Part shown: positions 12,474 through 24,100 of the stretch, one piece after another
Layout of the letters: each line of letters opens with the position of its first letter
Position numbering within the stretch: position 1 is the stretch's first letter
Made by a program: the position numbers and the translations under genes
Assembly: GCF_039654945.1 (NCBI RefSeq)
Contig: NW_027361677.1
Location: 19,964,001-20,028,000, forward strand
Length of the DNA: 64,000 nucleotides
Source: Dendrobates tinctorius
Taxonomy: Eukaryota
Direction: 5' to 3'
Notes under the pieces: generated by a model
Databases searched by the model: none
What the model was told of the DNA's origin: nothing
What the model saw: the letters and a program-made list of their open reading frames with translations, nothing else

Positions 12474-12713
12474 TATTATTATTATGCATTTATATAGCGC
12501 CATTTATTCCATGGCGCTTTTACATGTGAAAAGGGGAAATATAGACAAGTATAATAAACATGTGTAAGACTAGGGACACACAAGTACATAAGGAGAGGAG
12601 ACCCTGCCCGCGAGGGCTCACAGTCTACAGGGATGGGTGAGGATACAGTAGGAGAGGGTAGAGCAGGTCGGGCGGTGGTTCAGTAGACCGAGGATCATTG
12701 CAGGCTGTAGGCT
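12474..12713 (-). mobile_element. L2/CR1 LINE 3'-end fragment
   Basis: (ATT)n tail followed by ...TATATAGCGCCATTTATTCCATGGCGCTTT..., the typical 3' stem-loop and (AAT)n tail of L2 elements, in reverse. Confidence 0.55.
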
Positions 12714-14344
12714 TCAATAAATGGTATCATTTCTTCATTTTAATTGCGAATTTCGGACGCAGGAATCCATTAGATTAGATTAGTAGGACCGCCCACTGGA
12801 CTCCTATTCCTTATGTGTTGATATGTAAGAAAAAATGTGGAAGCGACAAATAAAAAACAATCTTGGATAAAACGAGACACAAAAATTGATGTCTCAGCAT
12901 TATAACTAGAAAATAAAGGATTGTATGCTGCTGTGAAATATATGCGGAATTAAAAGTAAAATCACAAAATCTAATTTTTGTCTTACCAGATGGTGAGTGA
13001 AGGGGAGCGGAGACGAAACTTCACTTTACCAGTCATTGCAACTTTAGTTATTGATAGGCAGTAATAGACATGGTGTTTGGGCCATGAAACAGTCTCCCTA
13101 ACACCCCAGGAAAATTACGGACCACCGCGCTTCTGAGGTTATAGATTGAATGGATTTTTGCCTGCCAATTTTGAGACTCAGTTGGTCAATGAATATATTA
13201 CAGAATTGGTGAAGTGATAAAGGCCACTTTTGGTCAGCTCTTAAGGTGGCCATACTACTTAGATAGCTGTTGGCTGAACAGGTACTCTTCTTTTCCCATA
13301 GTAGATTGGGAATATGCCACAACTTGACATGTACCTTGTGAACAGAAGGATCAGGTATGCAAATTTAACCCTCCTTTATCCTGACATCTGCCATTGAGAC
13401 CCTCCCATAGAAATCGGTCAATCTTATGAAATATGCATATTTGTCGAAAGTTGGTCTCATATGTATAGCCACCTTTAAGAACTTGAGGATTATACCAGAA
13501 ATACATTTATACACAGAACACCAACCAGTTAAGACTTGTCCAATCTTATGTGATCAACCAGTTACGGTAGATCTAATTTTTCAAATCTGATGTTAATCTG
13601 GGATCCTCTTTCTAACTTTTGCCTATTTATCTCCGCAGGTACCAAAGTTAATGAACTATGAGCTGGTATGATCTGGAGCATCTCAATGTGATCCACTCTC
13701 TTGTAATTTCTTTTTTATAGTTCCAGATTTATTTATGTAACAATGCTACTCACTTGGGAGCGATATGAGGTATCACAGGAACTATTTCTATTTAAAAGTC
13801 CTGCTGGTTCATTTCAGTCCCCAGAAGCCACATCACCGGAAAACTCAAATACAGCCCTTGTCCGGCACAAAGTGAAACATAAACAAAAAAAAAAGTCCTT
13901 ACAATAGTACAGGTTCGCCCACTTGAGTTATAGTCCAGCTTATGGTCCTTTAGCAAATGCACACAATTCTGGAGGTCTGCACACCTCCAGACACAGACAT
14001 GTGTGAGACAAACAGGTCTCATTTTACAATGTAAACCACACCAAGGGGTGGGAGATATGGTGAGCAGCTGTCCCGCCCAACTCTTCAGCTTCTCACATTA
14101 AAATCCAGCCCTGTCATGGCTGATTAAGCCCTCGTAGTGCTATGTTTGCTAGAGCATTACGCCAGGTTTTATATCACAGAGGACATCTACCTCTTTGATT
14201 CATATCTCCCATTCACTATGTGTCCGGTAGCCACCTTACAGCCTATAAATATAGGGCCATCATATTCCACAGCACTTTACAGACCCAATCCTAACTGTCC
14301 CTATCAAGTCTCACAGTCTAAATTTCCTATCAGTAGGCCTTAGA

Positions 14345-14460
14345 GTTTGGGAGAAAACTGCAGAACTCGGTGGAGAACATACAAACACCTTGCAGATGTT
14401 GGTCCTTGGTGGGATTTGAACCCATAACCCTAGTGTTGCAAGGCTACAGTGCTAACCATG
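14345..14460 (-). mobile_element. tRNA-derived SINE (V-SINE-like) 5' fragment
   Basis: Minus strand TGGTTAGCACTGTAGCCTTGCA...GGGTTCAAATCCC (B box) followed by the V-domain-like ACATCTGCAAGGTGTTTGTATGTTCTCC. Confidence 0.6.
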
Positions 14461-15754
14461 TAGACTATTTGCTACTTACCATAACACCAGAATCTTACAA
14501 ATATAGAATATTTCTCAAAACTGCAGTATTTCGGAAAATTGCAGAACTATAATCACTGCTAAATATCTTTCTTCGATGTGTCCTAACTTGATTCAAGTGG
14601 ATAACTGTAATGTCACAGCAAGGGTTAACACTCTCTGTGGCCATTTCACAATTCACTCTTCCTTTCATTATGAATATATTTACTCTGTGGTTGACTAATC
14701 AACAAGTGAAGAAGTGGCAGGTACCGTCTACAATGGACACACCTTGCAATGATTCCTTATGGCAATCGGGAGCATAATAAATCAGCAGCGAAAAAAGAAC
14801 AAGACATTTGGGTGAATACAAACAACACCAAAGACTTCCTTCTTCAGGATCTAATAGAGGATTACAAAGTTCTAAAATCGGGTCTACGAAGGACTGACAA
14901 AGTGAGTATTGTCTTAACGTTCACCTATCATTTTATTTAGAAATTTTACATTGCAATATACTGTACGTACAGTACATTGTAGAGAATGAGGGTTTAATAA
15001 AATGTGTCTGCGGTTTCCAAAGCTCGGGTGTAATAGAGATAGCCCAAAGTGCACAATTCTGATTTTAATAAATCCAACTGGGATTTTGTAGATATGTTGG
15101 TTGACATCTATCTTCGAATTTACCAAACACACGGAGAAGTAAAACACTGTGAGACATTTCTGGGAGAAGTCGTACCGTATCTCCTATAAGTACCAAAGGG
15201 TTGGTCATCGACAATCAACATGTCTAATCCTTTTTTTTTCCAACATTGGATATCCGGCTAAGGTTAGGGTGTCCCGATACTTAGCAGATGGTCAGTTGGT
15301 CCCATTGTGGGCTGGGACTACTTCTGTGTGTATGGAAGCCTTCAGTATGTTAGGTTAGTGGCATAAACCACTTAAAGTTATAAACACTTTTACAAAAATG
15401 TGCACATGTCAATGCCAAAAAGACCTTTAGTCTTCTTGCCAATAAGGAATAATGTAGTTTGTCAGACAACCATAAATGGGTAGGAAAATTTTGGGAAAAA
15501 GTGGTTAAAATTGGGTCTCATGTTAAAGGTCCCCTACTACAGTAGAACGTTAGAGATGGCCACAGACGGAAGATGTTTGTTGGCCAGTCTGCCAATACTC
15601 TAATCGATGGCTCACCCTTGACATTATGTTGTTAAGAGATCATAAGAAAAAATTAGTTGAATTTGACATCTCATACAGTGATGCTATATTACTAGGATAT
15701 TCCATCACTTCATGATCTCTAGGGGTCTGACCTCTAAAATCCTTAATGACTCCA

Positions 15755-16385
15755 TTCTTTGCAGTGACGGATCACACTTCTCTATCCAATGTCTGATAGA
15801 TGAGTTTGAGTTTGCTGAATGCCAAGAGTATGTTACCTGCCTGACTGCCTTGTGCCCGCTCTACAGTTTGGTGGGTGAGGGATAATACTATGGGTTTGTT
15901 ATCAGTGGTCGGCATTGGGCCCTTAGTTACAGTAAAAGGAAGTCTTAATACTTCAGCACAAAACATTGTGGACAGTTGTAGCTTGCAACTTTGTGGGAAC
16001 TGTTTGGGTTAGGCCTTTTCTGTTCCCCGAGTTGATGTCCAGTACACAAGGTTCATACAGACATGGTTGGGGGAGTTTGGTGGAAGAACATGACCAGCCG
16101 CACAAAGCCCCATCCAACACTTTTGCCATGAACTAGAAAGGGGATTACGTGGCCAACCTCTCCCCAACATTGGGGGGGTCTGACCTCACAAATGGATGAA
16201 TTAGCAAAAATTCTCACAAACACCTCCAAGTTCTTGTAGCGATCCTTCTCAGAAGACCAGAAGCTGTGATTGCTGCAGAGGGGGCCGACTCCATATTAAT
16301 CTCTGTGAATGTAAGATGAGAGGCCAGAAAAGCACCTGGAGGTGTAATGTGGGGGCGCTCCAATACTTTACTCCATATCGTCTGT
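15755..16385 (+). mobile_element. Degenerate Tc1/mariner transposase remnant
   Basis: GCAGTGACGGATCACACTTC (WSDESRF-like) and CCCCATCCAACACTTTTG (PIEHLW-like); homologous to 17040-17710. Confidence 0.5.
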
Positions 16386-17039
16386 TGGTACATTTCTTGC
16401 TCTCTATTAATGATAGCAATGTGCTTCTGATGACACCATTCCAAAATCTATCTGTGGTCTGACTTTTCTGATTTTCTAAAGTCTCTACATAATGGTTCCA
16501 AACTGATTGGTATATCTTCTCCAAGGAAAAGAAGATGATAAACTATGATAACCTTGAGCTTGAGATCTAAAGTCAGGAAGATCATTGTTGGGTCATCCAG
16601 TTCTTATCTATTATGGCATAGTGCTTATCTTTATGTTTAGATATATATGCACCCTTGTACTTAAATAGTTTAATTACCCCCAATAAACGGGATGAGATTT
16701 AGAGGAAAAAGTCTGCGTTCATGCTGTGACCCTAATTGATGGCTTCAAAGAACCAATAAGGTTTAAAGTTTAACACTTTCATTACAGGAAACTTATCACT
16801 GTTAATCTTTTTTTTTTCTGTGAATTGCAATGATATTGTCAGAAAAAGTAGTTTGGATGTAATTGCCCCATCCTTTTATTATCCTCATAGATAAGCTGCT
16901 GCCAGATGGAGCTTACAGATGAGGACTGAGGAGTTTGGGAGCAACTTTCTCCCGTATTCTCATGCAGAATACATGTATGATCAGCTAAGCTGATCATAAG
17001 TGGGAGTCAGAAAATAGATCTGTCAACTAAATGAGCGTT

Positions 17040-17710
17040 TGCTCAGAAGCTGGTATAATCGGAGGTACCCTAAGACCACTTTATAGAGTACTTGCCATTT
17101 CTCCCAGAACATCCGAGAAGCGCCCATAAAAAGCCCCGGCATCCAGATACTTTCTCCGTGAACTAAATGGCCGAGCACCTGCATGCAGCCGTACATCACC
17201 AAGCACAATACAGAGCGTCGGATAGAGTGGTGTAAAGCTGCCACCCCTGGACTCTGCAGCAAACGTGTTCTGTGCAGTGACGGATCACGCTTCGCTCTCT
17301 GGTGCCTAATGGACGAATCTGGGTTTGGTGAATGTCAGGAGAACGTTACCCCCTGACTGCATTGTGCCTGCTGTACAGTTTGGGGGAGGATAACGTTATG
17401 GACTTGTTATCAGAGGTCGGCCTCTGCTCCTTAATTCTAGTGAAGGGAAATCTTAATACTTAAGGACAAGACATTGTAGACAATTGTAGCTTCCAGCTTC
17501 GTGGGAACAGTTTTGAGGAAGGCCCCTTTGTGTTCCCCATGACTGTGCCCGATACACATGGTCCATACAGTTATAGTTGGGGAAGAACATGACCACAGAC
17601 GTCAGAACCCAGACCTCAGCCCCATCCAACACCTAGAGCGGAGGAGATTGTGAGTCCGAACTCTTCAAAACATCAGGGTCCGATCTCACAAATGTTCTTC
17701 TGCATGAAAG
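17040..17710 (+). mobile_element. Degenerate Tc1/mariner transposase remnant
   Basis: VL-CSDGSRF-like motif at about 17270, TVQFGG-like motif at about 17375, PDLSPIQHL-like motif at about 17610; many stops and indels. Confidence 0.55.
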
Positions 17711-18011
17711 GGAAAACAAATCCCACAGACACAACCCAATTCTGCCACCAGTGGATCTTCCTCCAGAACTCATTCCTCTTGAGTATATGATTACATGTGA
17801 TGATGAACAAAGGCCGCGCTGGCTCTTATCCAATCATTGTCTCAGTTACTTATTAATTTCCTCGCGTATAGGACGTATAAAAGACATCGCTTACATCGTC
17901 TTCTAATAATTTACCAGGTATATGGGCCAACTAAAGACACTAGATAAGATCCCGGGTCATCGACTCCAACACTGAGGATCCTTACCCAAAGAAATCACCT
18001 GGAAAAATACT

Positions 18012-18127
18012 ATGGGCACCAAATACACAATGTCGCTTTTTTGGTTATTTACTCTTCTTGTCTATGGGGTCAACTCCAACAGGGATGAAGCCTTGAGGAT
18101 AATGGAGAAGACTCCCGTCATTGATGG
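18012..18127 (+). CDS. DPEP1: DPEP1 coding exon 1
   Basis: [39 protein letters not shown]; donor GTAAGT; alternative start ATG at 18030. Confidence 0.9.
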
Positions 18128-21100
18128 GTAAGTGTTGCCCAAGGTTATAGGTAGACCTGATGTAGCAGTGTTATTTCTATCCATAGCCTTGTTGCACTAT
18201 TAATTGCTGAATGAGTTAACTGTGAGATCCCGTCAGTAAGCCCGCTCTGAAGGTCTTACGGGACAGTTTTGAGATATTTTGTATGTCTTTTTCTGAGCTC
18301 TCCTTAGCTGATTTATGAGCATGTAGAGCTGTAAGAGCAAAATTTCTGATGAAACTCAATTGCAAAAATGATTTTTAGCCCCCAAACATATGAATTTGTG
18401 CAATGAAAAAAATCCTCAAAGGTGGAAAATCCCTTTAATGATCAAAAGGAACCCCTCCTGTTAAAGAGGATCTCCACCTTGGAAAATCCTGACACGTTAG
18501 GGTATTTTGAGAATAAACTGATAATAAATTGTCTCCGTGTCAAGACCCCCGCCGATCACTGTGAGGAAACCCAATAGTAGGAGTTATATTTCCCAGCAGC
18601 ACCACCCACAGGAAAAATAAAGCATTTCATTGTGCTCATCTTAATCAGTGGACTGTCTGTCCAGAGAAAGAGACACTTTTGAAGCACTCTGGTCAAAAAA
18701 TGGGCATCCTGAACAGGTGACCCCTATATTAAAGGGGTTCTCCACTAAAATACTGCACTTTACTAATGGTCCCATGGTGATTCTCACCTATCATATTCCC
18801 ACTGTTCCTCTGCACCGCTGGCTGTGTCCTTCTCTGTTCTATTTGCTTCCTCTTGCTGCGGTGGATCCCGTATGACCACTGCAGCCAATAAGTGGCCATT
18901 GATTGGCTGCAGCCTTGAGCTGGGAAACTGTGTCCTATAGCTGACATGGGATGTTACCGCTGCAGTCAATGACTGCTTACTAGCAGGAAGCAAAGAGAAT
19001 GGCAGGGAAAACGTCCAGCGGTGTCCAGGAACAACGTGGCCATTGTAGGTCAGTATATGTTATTTTTTTCTTTTTTCGACCATCATCAGCCCATTAACCC
19101 CTTTGTCTGAATTCCCTGATGGAAATGGCTTTCATAAATCGGACCACTCATTTACGTAATAATAAATCCCCTGTCTTCTCTCCATAGGCACAATGATCTG
19201 CCCTGGCAGCTACTGATTGCATACAATAACCAGCTGAGTAAGGTGAACCTTAGTACGCTGAGTACTACTCACACCAACATTCCTAAACTACGAGAGGGAA
19301 AAGTTGGGGGACAGGTGAGTGCGCAGAGACCCAACTATATATGGGAAATTATCACTAAAAAAAAAAATTGTATTATTTTGGTAATTAATATGTAAGGCTG
19401 GTTTCACACTTGCGTTTTTTTGCGCTGTATTTTAGCACTAAAAAACGCATGCGCTTTTTCCCCCCTATATTTTGCATGGGATGCGCTTATGTGCGCATAC
19501 ACATGCGTTTGTATGCGTTTTTACGCACATGCGTTTTTTGTGGTGTGCGCTCAGGCACACAAAATGCATCCTGTTGCATTTTTTGGGCGTCCGACTTGCC
19601 TCAAAAAAACGCATGCGTGCGCAATGCGTTTTTTTTACAGCAAGACACCCATTATAAGTCTATGGGTGCGCATATGTGAGCATTAGCATGCTTATGTATG
19701 CGTTTTTTTGCACATGCGTTTTTTTGTTGACCATTGGTTAGACAATGGAAATTAGGGGTTTGGGTTAGAGTTAGGGTTAGTTAAGGGGGTTTAGGGATAG
19801 GGTTTGGGTTAGGGTTAGTATGGTTTGGTTAAGGGTTAGGGTTTAGGGTTAGTTAGGGTTTAGGGTTAGGGTTTGGGTTAGTAGGGTTTGGTTAAGGGTT
19901 AGGGTATGGTTTGGTTAAGGGTTAGGGTTAGTAAAGTCATGGTTAGGGTTAGTAAAGTCATGGTTTGGGTTAGTGTGAGGGGCCAACTAATGTTGGAAAA
20001 AAACGCAAACGCGGTAAAAACGCATAAAAACGCTGCGTTTTTTTCATGCATGCTCATAAAAATGCTTGAAAAAAACGCAGCGTTTGTATGCGTTTTTTCC
20101 ATGCGTTTTTTTGCGGGAAAAACGCGCTGCAAAACAAAGCAAGTGTGAAAGTAGCCTAACCTAAAACTTTTCCAAACTTGTGGCAACAGCTTATTAAGTA
20201 ACCAAATCCTTCATTTCTTTGCCAACTTCCAGCCTAGACTGACGCAATACAACCAAATCTGCTTATTCACTAGTACAAAGGGAACGATTTATTATTCTGA
20301 GCCCATATTATCTTCGACATAAAATTTACGTAAAAATTTACGTAAATTTTTTGCACAATTGGTTGCAAATTTTCACATCTAGTTTTAGGCCTATGAATTT
20401 ACTATTTGTGCCTTATTCAAAAGGGTGCTTGGCTTGTATTATGGCAAAAACTCTTTAAAAAAAAATCCATCGTGACATCTCATATTTCTTGGCAGAGAGT
20501 AGTCTGTTTTCAACCATTGCAAACAAGTACTCGCAAGTTTATTCTGCGTATATGTGGATCTTAAAGGAGTTTTAACATGCTGATAAAAGAAGCCAGAAAT
20601 CCACTCCCTGCACCAGCGCTGCCACTTCACAAGTGGGCGAAAGTGGTAACGTCATCAACACCAGACACCTGCCTGCTGCGGCCAGTGATTGACTGCAGGG
20701 TCAGGAAACTGGTGGTTGGTCGAGATGTCATGGTGGAAATCTTGGGAGCGGATTAATGGGGTGGGTATGGCTCCTTTACTTTTTTTTTTATCTGGATGGT
20801 TTCCAGAAGTTTTTTTCTTTTTTTAAAATATAAAACTTTGCATTAAAAAAGTTTTAGAAGAAGTTAAAGATGCTATAAGTAAAGGAAACCTAGATTAGTA
20901 ATCCTCGCCTACGGGCAGTGGCTACACATCATTTTTATTATTCTTTTATCATGTAAATTTGCTTTCTTATATTTTCATCCGGTACTTTATTTGTACGTAG
21001 TTCTGGGCCGCCTACGTTCCCTGTGATACTCAAGGCAAAGATGCTGTTAGAAGGACCTTGGAGCAGATAGATGTCATCCATCGGATGTGCCAAAAGTATC

Positions 21101-24100
21101 CCGATGACTTCCTGTGCGTAACCACTGCCGGAGGTGAGGACTGATGGGTGGTGGATTAGGAGGGATGCCGCAAGGGTAGAAGTAAAGTCAAGGAGCTTGG
21201 ATATGTTTTCTAGTACAGAAAGGCCCAGGAATATGTTACAGTGGGGAAAAAAAGTATTTAGTCAGTCAGCAATAGTGCAAGTTCCACCACTTAAAAGGAT
21301 GAGAGGCATCTGTAATTTACATCATAGGTAGACCTCAACTATGGGAGACAAACTGAGAAAAAAAAATCCAGAAAATCACATTGTCTGTTTTTTTTTTCAT
21401 TTTATTTGCATATTATGGTGGAAAATAAGTATTTGGTCAGAAACAAAATTTCATCTCAATACTTTGTGATATATCCTTTGTTGGCAATGACAGAGGTCAA
21501 ACGTTTTCTGTAAGTCTTCACAAGGTTGCCACACACTGTTGTTGGTATGTTGGCCCATTCCTCCATGCAGATCTCCTCTAGAGCAGTGATGTTTTTGGCT
21601 TTTCGCTTGGCAACACGGACTTTCAACTCCCTCCAAAGGTTTTCTATAGGGTTGAGATCTGGAGACTGGCTAGGCCACTCCAGGACCTTGAAATGCTTCT
21701 TACAAAGCCACTCCTTCGTTGCCCTGGCGGTGTGCTTTGGATCATTGTCATGTTGAAAGAGCCAGCCACGTTTCATCTTCAATGCCCTTGCTGATGGAAG
21801 GTTTGCACTCAAAATCTCACGATACATGGCCCCATTCATTCTTTCATGTACCCGGATCAGTCGTCCTGGCCCCTTTGCAGAGAAACAGCCCCAAAGCATG
21901 ATGTTTCCACCACCATGCTTTACAGTAGGTATGGTGTTTGATGGATGCATCTCAGTATTCTTTTTCCTCCAAACACGACAAGTTGTGTTTCTACCAAACA
22001 GTTCCAGTTTGGTTTCATCAGACCATAGGACATTCTCCCAAAACTCCTCTGGATCATCCAAATGCTCTCTAGCAAACTTCAGACGGGCCCGGACATGTAC
22101 AGGCTTAAGCAGTGGGACACGTCTGGCACTGCAGGATCTGAGTCCATGGTGGCGTAGTGTGTTACTTATGGTAGGCCTTGTTACATTGGTACCAGCTCTC
22201 TGCAGTTCATTCACTAGGTCCCCCCGCGTGGTTCTGGGATTTTTGCTCACCGTTCTTGTGATCATTCTGACCCCACGGGGTGGGATTTTGCGTGGAGCAC
22301 CAGATCGAGGGAGATTATCAGTGGTCTTGTATGTCTTCCATTTTCTAATTATTGCTCCCACAGTTGATTTCTTCACTCCAAGCTGGTTGACTATTGCAGA
22401 TTCAGTCTTCCCAGCCTGGTGCAGGGCTACAATTTTGTTTCTGGTGTCCTTTGACAGCTCTTTGGTCTTCACCATAGTGGAGTTTGGAGTCAGACTGTTT
22501 GAGGGTGTGCACAGGTGTCTTTTTATACTGATAACAAGTTTAAACAGGTGCCATTACTACAGGTAATGAGTGGAGGAAAGAGGAGACTCTTAAAGAAGAA
22601 GTTACAGGTCTGTGAGAGCCAGAAATCTTGATTGCTTGTTTCTGACCAAATACTTATTTTCCACCATAATATGCAAATAAAATGAAAAAAAAACAGACAA
22701 TGTGATTTTCTGGATTTTTTTTTCTCAGTTTGTCTCCCATAGTTGAGGTCTACCTATGATGTAAATTACAGACGCCTCTCATCTTTTTAAGTGGTGGAAC
22801 TTGCACTATTGCTGACTGACTAAATACTTTTTTCCCCACTGTATAAGATGATTCAGGACCAGGCCGATAATTGGCTGCAGCAGTCATAGAACATTGTTTG
22901 TTTTTTTTTATCACCGGGGAACATAGTTGTTGAATTCCTCATACAGGGATTGCTGAAGCTATCCGGACTAAGAAGGTGGCCAGTCTGATTGGCGTGGAGG
23001 GTGGACACTCCATCGACAGCAGCTTGGCAGTACTGCGGACCTTTTACCACCTCGGGGTGCGATATATGACCTTGTCTCACAGCTGTAACGCCCCATGGTA
23101 AGATCCGTCACCACAGTTGGAATGATAGGATTATGCTTTTATTTGCTTTGACTGCCAACAAGGGGGCATCAGATAAGTTTCTCCATGACGCTGGCGCCAA
23201 AATCATCATTTTGTACTAGTGGTGATGGGATTATACCTCTCACGTAGCAAATCCTATGTGGGGATCAGAGGCAACGGCAAAGCTGCAAGGGGTACAAATG
23301 TCAGAGATCTGCCAAAGGCTCTGGTAGTCAACGACCCAAAGGGAATCAATAGCAATGGCACCAGTTAGTGAGCATAAAAGGGGTTGTGCCACAAAGTGTA
23401 TTTTAATTAATAGATCTTGGAATAATAATTATTTCCACAATTGGATGTGTTAAGAAAAAATGTTCCTGTGCTGAGATAATCTTATAAATGTTCCCCTGCT
23501 GTGTACTGTGTAATAGCTGTGTCTGCAGGAACATGGTCGGATATACCATATATCCTGGGCAGGGGAGGACACAAAAGAGAATATACAGACATTAAAGCAG
23601 AGGGATCACAGCTGATTCTTTTTCTCAGGTAAAACATTTCCTTGCCTGTTTTTAAGCAATGTTTTGCATCAAAGAAAGAAATAATCAGCTGTGATCCCTC
23701 TGCTGTAATGTCTGTATACTCTTTTGCTCCCCCCCCTTCCCAGGAGCTGTGGTGTGATCAGACCATGTTCCTGCAGACACAGCCATTACACAGTACACAG
23801 CAGGGGAACATTTATAAGATTATCTCAGCACAGGAACATTTTTTTTTTAAACACATCCAATTGTGGAAGTTATTACTATTCCAAGATCTATTGATTAAAA
23901 CATTTATTAAAATTAACTTTGTGCTTGGGAAAAAACCCTTTAAGTCCAAATAACTTAAAGCTCTTGGACGCTGTTCATGGAATCGCGGGTATTAAATATG
24001 CTTTAATATAGATTATACCTCTTGGTTTCTTAACAGGGTGGATAACTGGCTAGTGGATACAAATAAAGATCCAGCTAAAAGCAACGGCTTGTCTGAATTT

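Noticed and set aside
14345-14460. tRNA gene
   Set aside because: No complete cloverleaf; the B box is followed by a SINE body.
13639-14901. Possible non-coding DPEP1 5' exons or promoter (acceptor at 13638, donor at about 14901, HNF1-like palindrome at about 14690)
   Set aside because: Splice-like motifs alone cannot establish exons; transcript data are needed.
21826-22566. 246-aa plus-strand ORF
   Set aside because: Antisense shadow of the Tc1 transposase.
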